Of a stretch of 64,000 bases of DNA, positions 49,573-61,301 are shown in pieces (position 1 is the stretch's first letter; every line of letters begins with the position of its first letter). The stretch is taken from assembly GCF_004765795.1 (NCBI RefSeq), contig NZ_SBIV01000003.1, positions 1-64,000 of the forward strand, in the 5' to 3' direction. This DNA comes from Halorussus marinus. GTDB lineage: Archaea; Halobacteriota; Halobacteria; Halobacteriales; Haladaptataceae. Position numbers and translations under genes: made by a program. The notes beneath the pieces were generated by a model, which was not told the DNA's origin, searched no databases, and saw nothing but the letters and a program-made list of their open reading frames with translations.

Positions 49573-50016
49573 ATGACAAAACGACGGAATCCGTTCGAAG
49601 AGCTCGAAGAGCTGATAGACCGAATGTCCCGGCAGTTCGAACAGCCGATGGGCGAGTCGGACTGGCAGTCGACGCTCGGCGACGGCGAGGTCTCGGTCGA
49701 CGTCGCCGACCGGGACGACGAGTACGTCGCGACCGCCGACCTGCCGGGGTTCGCCGAGGACGACATCGAGGTGACGATCCGGGACGACGTGCTCCGGATC
49801 GAGGCCGAACACGAGGAGTCGACCGCGGCCGACGAAGACACCGACGAGGGCCGATACATCCGCCGGGAGCGTCGCCACCAGTCGGCGAGCCGTTCGGTGA
49901 CCCTTCCCGAACCCGTCGAGGCCGCGAGCGCCACCGCGCGATACCACAACGGCGTGCTGACGGTCACGCTCCCGAAGGCCGGCGATCAGGACTCGCACCG
50001 AATCGACATCTCGTAA
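49573..50016 (+). CDS. Hsp20/alpha-crystallin small heat-shock protein
   Basis: ADLPGF, YIRRER, ARYHNGVLTVTLPK. Confidence 0.93.
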   Translation: MTKRRNPFEELEELIDRMSRQFEQPMGESDWQSTLGDGEVSVDVADRDDEYVATADLPGFAEDDIEVTIRDDVLRIEAEHEESTAADEDTDEGRYIRRERRHQSASRSVTLPEPVEAASATARYHNGVLTVTLPKAGDQDSHRIDIS

Positions 50017-50054
50017 GCACAAGCTCCTTGCCCGCTCGCCGTCAATCCCGAGCC

Positions 50055-50507
50055 ATGACGCTCGAAACCGGCGCGGACGCGCCGACGGTCGAAGCGACGA
50101 ACCAGCGCGGCGAGACCGTCGCGCTCGATTTCGAGGAACCGACGGTGGTGTACTTCTATCCGCGCGACGACACGCCCGGCTGTACGACCGAGGCCGAGCA
50201 GTTCGACGCCGAACTGGAGAGCTATCACGACGCCGGCGTCTCGGTGTTCGGCGTCTCGACCGACGACGTCGAGAGCCACGAGGCGTTCGCCGAGAAGTAC
50301 GAGATCCGGTTCGATCTGCTCGCCGACCCCGAGCGCGAACTCGCCGAGGCGTTCGACGTCGACACCTCGCGGGGTGCGGCGGCCAGAACCACCTTCGTCC
50401 TCGCCGACGGGGAGGTCAAGGCGGTCTACGACGGCGTCGACCCCGACGGCCACGCCCGCGACGTGCTGAGCGACATGCTCGACGACGACCTCGTCGCGCT
50501 CGAATAG
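50055..50507 (+). CDS. Peroxiredoxin (BCP-type)
   Basis: YFYPRDDTPGCTTE. Confidence 0.92.
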   Translation: MTLETGADAPTVEATNQRGETVALDFEEPTVVYFYPRDDTPGCTTEAEQFDAELESYHDAGVSVFGVSTDDVESHEAFAEKYEIRFDLLADPERELAEAFDVDTSRGAAARTTFVLADGEVKAVYDGVDPDGHARDVLSDMLDDDLVALE

Positions 50508-50550
50508 CTCGCGCCGACAGCGTTTTTCGCCCCCGCGTCGAGGCTCGCCC

Positions 50551-51048
50551 ATGCAGGATGCGAGCGACGCCGCCTCGGCCGCCGACGCCGCGCCGGTCTC
50601 GCCGGTCCGGGCCCGACTCGTCGCCGGCGTCCAGTGGGCGGTGACGGGATTTTACGTCTTCGCGCTCGCGTTCCTCGGCGTCGGGTGGTACCTGACCGCG
50701 ACCGGGCGGGCGTTCGCCCTCTCGGCGCGGTGGGAGCTTCTCGCGGTCCTGCTCGGGGCGTTTCTCGCGGGATACGGCTGGGTCGCGGTCCGGTCACCGG
50801 CCGGCCGAGCGCCGCGCGCTCACGGCCGGCGCGTCGAGGTGACGCTGTTGTTGCTCGTGCTCGGCTTTCTGGTGCCGTTCGGCGCGCTCGCGGTCCTCGA
50901 TCTGCTCGGAACCTCGATGCTCGCGCTCCCGTTTTTCGCGGTGCCCGGCGCGTCCTACGCGCTGACGCTCGCGATCTCGTACGGCGTCGTCTACGGGCTC
51001 GACGCCCGGCCGTTGCTCGGGCGCGAGCCCGCACAGCTACAGGAGTGA
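50551..51048 (+). CDS. Hypothetical four-TM membrane protein
   Basis: Hydrophobic ORF with halophile codon usage. Confidence 0.6.
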   Translation: MQDASDAASAADAAPVSPVRARLVAGVQWAVTGFYVFALAFLGVGWYLTATGRAFALSARWELLAVLLGAFLAGYGWVAVRSPAGRAPRAHGRRVEVTLLLLVLGFLVPFGALAVLDLLGTSMLALPFFAVPGASYALTLAISYGVVYGLDARPLLGREPAQLQE

Positions 51049-51504
51049 CGCGATCTCGCGGGCGGTCTCGTCGATTCGGTCGCGCCAGCCCTCGGGGCGG
51101 TCGCCCCCGCGCTTCGGGGGTTCGATCGGGAGGGCGACCGGACGATACGAGACGCGCTCGACCGACTCCGCGGCGGTCTCGCCCACGAACTCCGCGACCT
51201 CGCGCTTCGAGGACACCCCGCCAGACGCGAGATCGTAGTAGCCCGAAAAGAGCTGGATCACCGCGACGTCGTCGTACGCGTCGAGTTCGCCGTCCTCGGC
51301 GTAGTAAAACAGCTTCGCCGTGTTGTTCACAGGGTCGGCCCTTCGCCACTCCACCTCGACCGCCGCGAACCGGGTCGCGTCCCGGCCCGCGACGTCGACG
51401 GGGGTCCGCCGGAGGTAGCGCTCGGTCTCCCAGTCGAGCGAGGGGCGGCGCTGTTCGAGGCCGTCTCGGAGCCGGTCGCGAACCGCGTCTGCGAACGCGC
51501 CCAC
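51037..51504 (-). CDS. Small restriction-endonuclease-fold (PD-D/ExK-like) protein
   Basis: TE..PVDVAG..AVEVE..NTAK; GTG start 27 nt after leuS stop. Confidence 0.55.
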   Translation of the reverse strand: MGAFADAVRDRLRDGLEQRRPSLDWETERYLRRTPVDVAGRDATRFAAVEVEWRRADPVNNTAKLFYYAEDGELDAYDDVAVIQLFSGYYDLASGGVSSKREVAEFVGETAAESVERVSYRPVALPIEPPKRGGDRPEGWRDRIDETAREIASLL

Positions 51505-51530
51505 GAGCTGGCCCAGACGCCGGGGCCACT

Positions 51531-54191
51531 TCAGTTCTCGTGAACGTGGATCGCGGGTCGGCCGGGCTCGGCCTTGCTCGCGAGGTCGTCGTCGGCCTCC
51601 TCGGCGGCGAGCACCCGGACCGGCGCGTCGAACTCCGACTCGACGAGCCACGCGGCCCGTTCGAGGGTCGCACGCTCGCGGTCGGGCGCGAGCGCCTCCG
51701 GGAGCGCGGGCGCCGCGGCGGCGAGGTCCTTCGCGTAGTCGGCGGCGGCTTCGCCGCGCTCGCGGAGGTCCCCGTCGCTCATCACCGCGCCGACCACGTC
51801 GCCGTCGGCGTCGCGGGCGAGTTCGAGCGCATCGTGCATCCACTCGGGCGCGGTGACCACGTCGATGGCGGTCGGCTCCTCGATGCCGGCGACCTCGACG
51901 ATGTCCCGGACGTCCTCGCGGGTCCGCTCGACCAGCCGGACCGCCTGCTCGTGGTCGTTCACGTCGCGGTCGGGGGTCGGCCAGTCGGCCTCGGCGACGA
52001 AGCCCTCCCCGTCCAGCGCCGTCCAGCACTCCTCGCAGACGTGGGGCGCGACGGGCGCGAGGAGCTTCACGGCGACCTCGACGCCCCGGGCGACGACGCC
52101 GGGGTCGACCGCGTCGCGGTCGCGGTACCGCACCAGAAGCGACACCATCTCGTCGATCGCCTGGACCGCCCGGTTGAACTCCATCTCCTCGAAGCGGTCG
52201 GTGGCCGCCTCGACCGTGGCGGCGACCTCGCGGGCGACGTACTCGGCGGCCGGGTCGTCGGGGTCGTCGGCCGCGGCGTCCGGATCGACTTCGCGGGCCA
52301 TCTCGAGCAGTCGCTTCAGGAACGAGTTAGACGACCGGACGCCCTCCTCGCTCCACGGGAAGTCCTTGTCGGGGCGGGCCGCCCGGAGGACGAACAGCCG
52401 GGCGGTGTCGGCGCCGTACTCGGAGACGATGCGCTCGGGCGAGACCCCGTTTCCTCTCGACTTCGACATCTTCGCGCCGTCCTCGCCAAGCACCATCCCC
52501 TGCGTGGTGAGCGACTCGAACGGCTCGCGGTGGTCGAGCAGGTCCAGGTCCGCGAACGCCTTCGTGACGAACCGCGAGTACAGCAGGTGCATCACGGCGT
52601 GCTCGACGCCGCCGACGTACTCGTCGACCGGCATCCAGTCGTTCGCGCGCTCGACGTCGAACGGGGCGTCGTCGAGATCCGGCGAGGTGAACCGCAGGAA
52701 GTACCACGACGAGTCGACGAAGGTGTCCATCGTGTCGGTCTCCCGGACGGCGGGGCCGCCACACTCGGGACACTCCGTGTGCTTCCACTCCTCGGCCGCG
52801 TCGAGGGGGTTGCCGGTGGTGTGGACGAACTCCGGGAGCTCGACCGGGAGCCGGTCGTCGGGGACCGAGACGGGCCCACACTCCTCGCAGTGGACGATCG
52901 GAATCGGCGTCCCCCAGTAGCGCTGGCGCGAGATGCCCCAGTCCCGAAGCTGGTACTGGACCGCCGAGTCGGCGCCGTCGACCTCCTCGGTCAGCCGCTC
53001 GCGGGCCGGCTCGCTCGACAGGCCGTCGTACTCCCCGGAGTTGACGAGGACGCCGTCCTCGGTGTAGGGCGCCGCCTCGATGTCGACGTCCTCGGTATCC
53101 GCGCCGTCCTCGGGGGCGATCACCTGCCGGATCGGCAGGTCGTGGGACTGGGCGAACGCGTGGTCGCGCTCGTCGTGGCCGGGGACCGCCATCAGCGCGC
53201 CGGTGCCGATGTCCGAGAGCACGAAGTCGGCGACGAAGACGGGTAGCTCCTCGCCCGTGACGGGGTTGCGGGCGGTCATGTCGGTCGCGACGCCCTGGGG
53301 CTCGTCGCCGTCCGGGTCGGCGACGTGCTCGACGAAGTGGGCCACCTCGTCGTCGCGCTCGGCGGCCGCCTCCGCGAGCGGGTGGTCGGGCGCGAGCGCG
53401 AAGAACGTCGCGCCGTGGATCGTATCGAGCCGGGTGGTGAACGCCCGGACGGTCTCGGTCGCGTCGGGCGTCTCGACGTCGAAGGGCACCTCCGCGCCCT
53501 CGGTCCGGCCGATCCAGTTGCGCTGCATGTCCCGGACGTTGGTGGGCCACCCGTCCAACTCGTCGATGTCCTCGAGCAGTTCGTCGGCGTACTCGGTCGT
53601 GCGGAAGAACCACTGGTCGAGGTCCCGCTCCTCGACCGGCGTGTCACACCGCCAGCAGAGTTCGGCCTCGCCCTCGACCTGCTCGTCGGCCAGCACCGTC
53701 TCGCAGGACGGACACCAGTTGACCGTCGCGGCCTGGCGCTCGACCAGCCCCGCCTCGCGGAACCGGTTGAAGATCCACTGGTTCCACCGATAGTAGTCGG
53801 GATCGCAGGTGGTCACCTCCCGGTCCCAGTCGTAGCCGAACCCGAGCGCCTCGAACTGCTCGCGCATCTGTTCGATGCACCGCTCGGTCCACTCTCGGGG
53901 GTTCGTGTCCCGTTCGTTGGCGGCGTTCTCGGCCGGCAGTCCGAACGAGTCCCACCCCATCGGGTGGAGCACCTCGTCGCCGTCCATCCGGCGGTATCGG
54001 GCGAGAGCGTCGGTAATCGCGTAGTTCCGGACGTGGCCCATGTGGAGCTGGCCGGACGTGTAGGGGAACATCGCCAGCACGTACGCCGGGTCCTCGGCGT
54101 CGTCTGGCACCCGGAACACGTCGGCCTCGTCCCACTGGTCCTGCCAGCGTCGCTCTATCTCTCGGTGGTCGTAGCCGTTTTGGCGTCCCAT
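51531..54191 (-). CDS. leuS: Leucine--tRNA ligase
   Basis: MFPYTSGQLHMGH, DWGISRQRYWG, KMSKS. Confidence 0.97.
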   Translation of the reverse strand: MGRQNGYDHREIERRWQDQWDEADVFRVPDDAEDPAYVLAMFPYTSGQLHMGHVRNYAITDALARYRRMDGDEVLHPMGWDSFGLPAENAANERDTNPREWTERCIEQMREQFEALGFGYDWDREVTTCDPDYYRWNQWIFNRFREAGLVERQAATVNWCPSCETVLADEQVEGEAELCWRCDTPVEERDLDQWFFRTTEYADELLEDIDELDGWPTNVRDMQRNWIGRTEGAEVPFDVETPDATETVRAFTTRLDTIHGATFFALAPDHPLAEAAAERDDEVAHFVEHVADPDGDEPQGVATDMTARNPVTGEELPVFVADFVLSDIGTGALMAVPGHDERDHAFAQSHDLPIRQVIAPEDGADTEDVDIEAAPYTEDGVLVNSGEYDGLSSEPARERLTEEVDGADSAVQYQLRDWGISRQRYWGTPIPIVHCEECGPVSVPDDRLPVELPEFVHTTGNPLDAAEEWKHTECPECGGPAVRETDTMDTFVDSSWYFLRFTSPDLDDAPFDVERANDWMPVDEYVGGVEHAVMHLLYSRFVTKAFADLDLLDHREPFESLTTQGMVLGEDGAKMSKSRGNGVSPERIVSEYGADTARLFVLRAARPDKDFPWSEEGVRSSNSFLKRLLEMAREVDPDAAADDPDDPAAEYVAREVAATVEAATDRFEEMEFNRAVQAIDEMVSLLVRYRDRDAVDPGVVARGVEVAVKLLAPVAPHVCEECWTALDGEGFVAEADWPTPDRDVNDHEQAVRLVERTREDVRDIVEVAGIEEPTAIDVVTAPEWMHDALELARDADGDVVGAVMSDGDLRERGEAAADYAKDLAAAAPALPEALAPDRERATLERAAWLVESEFDAPVRVLAAEEADDDLASKAEPGRPAIHVHEN

Positions 54192-54579
54192 ACGTATCTC
54201 TTGGGCGAGCGTACGAAGTCGAGGGCCAAAGGTCTTTCAATACGGCAGTTCGGGGCGCCGACCGCGCTCGCCGCGTCGAGATCGGTCCGGCTCCCGGCGG
54301 GTCTGGCGACCGCGAGCCCGGCGCAGATTTGAGCTTAGCGGGCGGGACGCCGACGGGCGCGCCCACGGGGTCGAACACCCCCTCGGAGTCGGCCCGCCGC
54401 CCGTCTCGGTGGGCACTTGTCGCGCGCCCTCGGGCGGTAAGATTTCGCTTCCCCGTCGATAGGGGCCGTTTACGCCGTCGGCTCTCGACGGTAGGAGCCG
54501 CCTGCGGCCGGCGGAGTCGGCCGATCGTCCGCGACAGCCGATTCATAACAAAGACATTACACGAAGTGGTCCCCACGCA

Positions 54580-55863
54580 ATGAGAGCAAACAGACACGAG
54601 GAAGGACCGAGCGTCGTGGTTCCCGCCATCGACGTCCCGAGCAGTACCGCCTGCGTCAGGGCGCTCGGTCGGGAAGGCGTCCGGACGATCGCGGTCTCGG
54701 AGCGCGAGGACCCGCCGGCGTTCCGGTCGCGGTACGTCGACGAGACGGTCTCGGCCCCCGACCCGACCGAGGACCTCTCGGCGTACGCCCGGCGACTGCT
54801 GGGGCTCGCCGAGCGCGAGGACGTGTGCACGGTGATCCCGCTCCGCGAGCCCGACGTCTACGCGCTGGCGGCCCACCGGTCGGCGTTTGCCGACCACGTC
54901 GGGACGCCGTGGCCGTCGCTCGACACCCTCCGCGGGGCCCAAGACCGCGTCGAACTGTTCGCGGCCGCCGAGCGGGCGGGCGTCCCCGCGCCCGAGACTC
55001 GACGGTTCGACGACTGGACGACGTGGGACGAGGAGGTCATCGTCAAGGCGCGCTACACCCTGCCGACCGCCGAGTACGTCGGCCCGGAGTCGGCCGCCGA
55101 GTACCGCCACGGCACGACGAGGTACGTCGAGCCGGGCGGCAAGCCCGACCGCGACTCGATCGTCGCCGAGATGGGTCACGTTCCGATCGTCCAGGAGTAC
55201 GTGCCTGGAAACGACGAGTACGGCTTCTTCGCGCTCTACGACGAGGGCGAGGCGCTCGCGACGTTCCAGCACCGCCAGCTCCGGGGCTACAAGTACTGCG
55301 GCGGCCCGAGCGCCTACCGCGAGTCGGTCGACATCCCCGCGCTCGAAGCGGCGGGTCTGCGACTGCTCGACGAGCTCGACTGGCACGGGCTCGCGATGGT
55401 CGAGTTCCTGCACGACGACGAGACCGGCGAGTTCGAGCTGATGGAGGTGAACCCGCGGTTCTGGTCGTCGCTGCCGTTCACGGTGCAGGCCGGCGTCGAC
55501 TTCCCGAACCTCTACCGAGCGATGGCGGCGGGCGAGCGCCCGGCGACCGACCCCGACTACGAGGTCGGCGTCGCGGGCCACCTGCTCCGGGGGGAACTGC
55601 TCCACCTCCACAGCGTCCTCTTCGAGGACTACCCGGTGGTCGAACGCCCCTCGGTCGCCGGGACCGCGGCGGCGACGGTCGCCTCGGTCGTTCGCCACCC
55701 CCAGTTCGACTACCTCAGCGCCGACGACGTCGGCCCGTTCCTCCGGGACGTCGCCGGCCTCTTCGAGGCCGCGATCGACGAGCGCGAACAACAGACGCCC
55801 GTCGGTTCGGGGAATGCGACGCGGGCGGCGACGACGCTGGTGAACCTGCTTCGCCGCGGGTGA
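54580..55863 (+). CDS. ATP-grasp carboxylate-amine ligase
   Basis: VIVK, IVQEYVPG, MVEF, LMEVNPRFW. Confidence 0.85.
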   Translation: MRANRHEEGPSVVVPAIDVPSSTACVRALGREGVRTIAVSEREDPPAFRSRYVDETVSAPDPTEDLSAYARRLLGLAEREDVCTVIPLREPDVYALAAHRSAFADHVGTPWPSLDTLRGAQDRVELFAAAERAGVPAPETRRFDDWTTWDEEVIVKARYTLPTAEYVGPESAAEYRHGTTRYVEPGGKPDRDSIVAEMGHVPIVQEYVPGNDEYGFFALYDEGEALATFQHRQLRGYKYCGGPSAYRESVDIPALEAAGLRLLDELDWHGLAMVEFLHDDETGEFELMEVNPRFWSSLPFTVQAGVDFPNLYRAMAAGERPATDPDYEVGVAGHLLRGELLHLHSVLFEDYPVVERPSVAGTAAATVASVVRHPQFDYLSADDVGPFLRDVAGLFEAAIDEREQQTPVGSGNATRAATTLVNLLRRG

Positions 55864-55979
55864 TCGAACCGCCGAAAACGCGTCTCTGTGCAGTCGTCGA
55901 TACGCGCCGTATGAGAAGGGGAGTGCGGACGCGCGGCGCCGACCGAGCGCCTCCCCGGCGGGCGGTCGCGGTAGCCCGA

Positions 55980-56975
55980 CTACTCGACGTCCGAGCCGAT
56001 GAGATCGAAGGGGTAGCCGTTGTCGTTCTCGTCGGCGTGCTCGTAGACGACGTGGGCCGCGGCCACGTCCTGAATCGCGAGCCCGGTGCTGTCGAACACC
56101 GTGATACCGTCGTCGTCCGTGCGCCCCTCGATGTCGCCGACGACGATGTCGCCGACCTCGCCGTAGATGTCGTCGTCGCTCAGCACGCCCTCGTGGTACG
56201 GGACGTTGATCTCGCCCGAGTGGGTGGTCTGGGCGTGGTCGTCGATGACGAGCTTCGCGTCGAGCAGGATCTCGTCGGCGAGCTCGTGTTTGCCCTCGGC
56301 GTCGGCGCCCATGGCGTTGACGTGGGTGTGCTCGCCGATGGCCTCCCGGGAGACGACGGGGTCCTCGACGGGCGTGACCGTCGAGAGCACGTCACACTGG
56401 GCGGCCTCCTCGATCGAGCCGGCCCGCACGTCGAAGTCGTCGTCGAAGTAGTCGATGAACTTCGCGACCCGCTCCTCGTCGAGGTCGCTCACGACGACCT
56501 CCTCGATGGGTCGGATCGCCGCGACGGCCTCCAGTTGGGTGTACGACTGGACGCCCGCCCCGACGATGCCCATCGTGGTGGCGTCCTCGACCGCGAGGTA
56601 GTCGGTCGCGACAGCGGCGGCCGCGCCCGTCCGCTTCATCGTGAGTTCGGTCCCGTCCATGATCGCCAGCGGGAACGCGGTCTCGGGGTTCGAGTACACC
56701 ATCGTCCCCATCACGGTCGGGAGGTCGAACTCGTCGGGGTTGTCGGGGTGGACGTTGACCCACTTGATGCCGGCGGCGTCCCAGTCGTCGGCCTCCAGAT
56801 AGGCGGGCATCGACCGGAAGTCGCCGTTGTACTGGGGCAGGTCGATGTACGACTTGGCGGGCATCTGGGCGTCGCCGCGGGCGTACGCCGCGAAGGCGTC
56901 CTCGACCGCCCGGATCACGTCGTCCATCTTCGTGTTCTCGTCGACGGCGTCCTGATTGAGCAGGAGCGTGTCCAT
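55980..56975 (-). CDS. Ornithine cyclodeaminase/mu-crystallin family (archaeal alanine dehydrogenase-like)
   Basis: GDFRSMPA, GIKWVNVHP, RTGAA, GAGVQ, FDSTGLAIQD. Confidence 0.9.
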   Translation of the reverse strand: MDTLLLNQDAVDENTKMDDVIRAVEDAFAAYARGDAQMPAKSYIDLPQYNGDFRSMPAYLEADDWDAAGIKWVNVHPDNPDEFDLPTVMGTMVYSNPETAFPLAIMDGTELTMKRTGAAAAVATDYLAVEDATTMGIVGAGVQSYTQLEAVAAIRPIEEVVVSDLDEERVAKFIDYFDDDFDVRAGSIEEAAQCDVLSTVTPVEDPVVSREAIGEHTHVNAMGADAEGKHELADEILLDAKLVIDDHAQTTHSGEINVPYHEGVLSDDDIYGEVGDIVVGDIEGRTDDDGITVFDSTGLAIQDVAAAHVVYEHADENDNGYPFDLIGSDVE

Positions 56976-57241
56976 ACGTGGCTGGTCCGCCTGCGACCAC
57001 TATAATCTACCTAAAACTCGGCGAATCGCGCAATTTTGGTCGGGCTCTCGGACCGAACGGTCGGCGAGGCTCCTCGGAGCCGACGAAATCGAAAAGTCGA
57101 ACGCGGTCGGGACCGCCGTCGACCGGCGGTCGGGACCGAAGCCAGGCAGTCGCAGTCGCGGGCTGTGCGGTGGCGGTCGCCCGGTCGGTGTCTCACCGCG
57201 AACGGTACTCGGCGGACAGAGAAGTTCGGTTACTACCGAAC

Positions 57242-58888
<1,647 letters not shown>

Positions 58889-59173
58889 GGTTCACCTCGT
58901 AGTATGATTGTGATTCTATATAAATGTTTACTTTCTCGCCACGGGTTCCCACGCCCCGAAGTCACACGATACTCGCCGATTTCGCCGGAAGGTGCCCGGA
59001 CGGACCCGATTATCTGGGAACAGTTACCACGAAAACGTCGACGCGCCGACCCCTGTCAGCGCATCTTTATATACACATTCTCCGTCGCTCGGGTGCCGTC
59101 CCGCCACCGCGCGGCGGCCGAAGCGGACTCGGGTCGGTCGGTCGGTCACACGCGGCGCTCACAGCGTCGCGGT

Positions 59174-59205
59174 CGGAGAAAACGCCGGGACTGGGATTTG
59201 AACCC
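59174..59205 (-). repeat. Duplicate of the tRNA-Ser 3' end plus trailer
   Basis: CGCCGGGACTGGGATTTGAACCC at 59183-59205 is identical to 59348-59370; flanking GGAGAAA is also shared. Confidence 0.9.
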
Positions 59206-59347
59206 GGAGCCAGACAGTCCTCCTCGGCTCACTTCGTTCGCCTGCGGTGGCTGTGACTGGCAGGGGTTCGAATCCCGCGCCGATACCGACTACCGCTCTC
59301 TGGGTTCGCGAGCAGACGAACTGCTCGCGGTGTCGGTCGCGGAGAAA

Positions 59348-59429
59348 CGCCGGGACTGGGATTTGAACCCAGAACCCCGTAAGGGGACACGCTTTCCAGG
59401 CGTGCGCTTTGCCATTCGGCCATCCCGGC
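59348..59429 (-). tRNA. tRNA-Ser(GGA)
   Basis: GCCGGGA acceptor stem, CACGC-CTGGAAA-GCGTG anticodon arm, long variable arm, GGTTCAAATCC T-loop. Confidence 0.96.
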
Positions 59430-59470
59430 CCGTCCGTTCGTAGTCGGGTCCGGCGTTTAAATCTTCCTTT

Positions 59471-59662
59471 CTACCCGACGAGGCGGGGTTCGGCGACGTA
59501 CGAGAGGCCGGTCGCGCCCGCCCCGACCGCGACTGCGACGCCGAACTTCACCGCGAGCGCGTAGCGGTAGCCGGTCCAGAGTTCGTACCCCTGAAGGGCG
59601 ACCAGAAACGCGAACACGCCCACGACGCCCCACAGGAGGCTGGCTTTCGTGCGCGGTCGCAC
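59471..59662 (-). CDS. Small two-TM membrane protein
   Basis: Directly follows ridA in the same orientation. Confidence 0.65.
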   Translation of the reverse strand: MRPRTKASLLWGVVGVFAFLVALQGYELWTGYRYALAVKFGVAVAVGAGATGLSYVAEPRLVG

Positions 59663-59663
59663 G

Positions 59664-60044
59664 TCACTCGGCGCTGGCGATGGCCTCGATCTCGACGCCG
59701 ACGCCCTTCGGGAGCTCGCCCACCTCGACCGCGCTCCGGGCCGGCGGGTTGTCCTGGAAGTACTCCTTGTAGGCGTCGTTCATCTCGTCGAAGTCGTCGA
59801 TGTCGCCGAGGAACACCGTCACCTTCAGCACGTCCTGCATCGTCAGCCCCTCCTCTTCGAGGATGGCCTTGACGTTCTCGAGGCTCTGGCGGGTCTGGAC
59901 CGCGACGTCCTCGTCGTCGAGCAGGTCGCCGTCCGGCGTCAGCGGGATCTGACCCGCGGTGAACACGAGGCCGCCGTTCGTCGTCGCCTGACTGTACGCC
60001 CCGACCGCCTCGGGTGCGTCGTTGGTGCTGATGATTCGCTTCAT
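59664..60044 (-). CDS. ridA: RidA family deaminase
   Basis: GAYSQA, TAGQIP, VLKVTVFL, PPARSAV, VEIEAIA. Confidence 0.93.
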   Translation of the reverse strand: MKRIISTNDAPEAVGAYSQATTNGGLVFTAGQIPLTPDGDLLDDEDVAVQTRQSLENVKAILEEEGLTMQDVLKVTVFLGDIDDFDEMNDAYKEYFQDNPPARSAVEVGELPKGVGVEIEAIASAE

Positions 60045-60089
60045 ACCCTGTTGGTTCGCGCCCCGTAACTTAAAGTTGGGCAAGCCAGC

Positions 60090-61301
60090 CTACGCCAGCA
60101 CCTCGACGTCGAAGCCCTCCTCGCGGAGCGCCGCCAGCAGCGTCTCGACGTGTTCGGGCCCCCGCGTTTCGAGGTCGAGTTCGACCTCCGCGGCGTTCAT
60201 CGCGATGTCCCGGGAGGTCCGGTCGTGCTGGATGCCGTAGATGTTGGCCCGCTCGCCCGAGATGACGTCGAGCAGGTCGTCGAGCGCGCCCGGCCGGTCT
60301 TTCAGCACGGTCCGGAGCTTGACGTACCGGCCGGTCTCGACCAGCCCGCGCATGATGACCGTCGTGAGCGTGTTCATGTCGATGTTGCCCCCACAGAGCG
60401 CCGGGACGATCACCTCCCCGTCGTCGTAGTCGAACGCCTCCGACAACAGCGCGGCCAGCGCGACCGCGCCCGCGCCCTCGACCAGCGTCTTCGCGCGTTC
60501 GAGGAGATAGGTCAGCGCGACCGCAATCTCCGAGTCCGAGACCGTCACGACCTCGTCGACGCGCTCGCGGATGACCTCGAACGTCTTCTCGCCCACGCTC
60601 CGGGTGGCGATGCCGTCCGCGATGGTGTCGACCGACTCGAGGGTGTGGACCTCGCCCTTCCGGAGCGACTGGGCCGCGCTGGACGCGCCCGCCGCCTGCA
60701 CGCCGATCACGCGGGCGTCGGGTCGCTGTGCCTTGACCGCGGTCGCGATGCCCGCGATCAGGCCGCCGCCGCCGATCGGAACCACCACGGTGTCGAGGTC
60801 GGGCGCGTCCTCGACGATCTCGAGACCGATGGTCCCCTGTCCGGCCATCACCATCTCGTCGTCGAACGCGTGGACGTACGTCCGGCCCTCCTCGGTCTCG
60901 ATCTCGTGGGCCTTTTCCTGTGCGTCGTTGTAGTCGTCGCCGTGGAGCAGGACGGTCGCGCCGTAGTCGCGGGTCGCCTTCACCTTCGATATCGGAGCGT
61001 TTTCGGGCATCACGATCTTCGCGTCGACCCCGCTCTTGGTCGCGGCCAGCGCGACCCCTTGGGCGTGGTTGCCCGCGCTCGCGGTCACCACGCCCGCCGC
61101 TCGCTCGTCGTCGGACAGCGTCGCGATTCGGTTGGTCGCGCCCCGGATCTTGAACGAACCCGTACGCTGGAAGGTCTCCAGTTTCAGGTGGACCTCCGCG
61201 CCCGTCATCTCCGAGAACGTGTGCGAGTAGTCCAGCGGGGTCCGTCGGGCGGTTTCGGCCACCCGGTCGCGCGCGTCCCGAACGTCGGCGAGTTCCAGCA
61301 T
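60090..61301 (-). CDS. ilvA: Threonine ammonia-lyase with ACT domain
   Basis: QRTGSFKIRG, SAGNHAQG, GGGGL, CGGN. Confidence 0.95.
   Translation of the reverse strand: MLELADVRDARDRVAETARRTPLDYSHTFSEMTGAEVHLKLETFQRTGSFKIRGATNRIATLSDDERAAGVVTASAGNHAQGVALAATKSGVDAKIVMPENAPISKVKATRDYGATVLLHGDDYNDAQEKAHEIETEEGRTYVHAFDDEMVMAGQGTIGLEIVEDAPDLDTVVVPIGGGGLIAGIATAVKAQRPDARVIGVQAAGASSAAQSLRKGEVHTLESVDTIADGIATRSVGEKTFEVIRERVDEVVTVSDSEIAVALTYLLERAKTLVEGAGAVALAALLSEAFDYDDGEVIVPALCGGNIDMNTLTTVIMRGLVETGRYVKLRTVLKDRPGALDDLLDVISGERANIYGIQHDRTSRDIAMNAAEVELDLETRGPEHVETLLAALREEGFDVEVLA

Noticed and set aside
55980..56975. Cyclodeaminase-family gene as eutC of the ectoine cluster
   Set aside because: 28 kb away, no TGTGTA motif seen upstream, and looks like the common archaeal alanine dehydrogenase-like gene
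59183..59276. Second tRNA gene
   Set aside because: Only the T-arm and 3' acceptor strand are present; no D or anticodon arm
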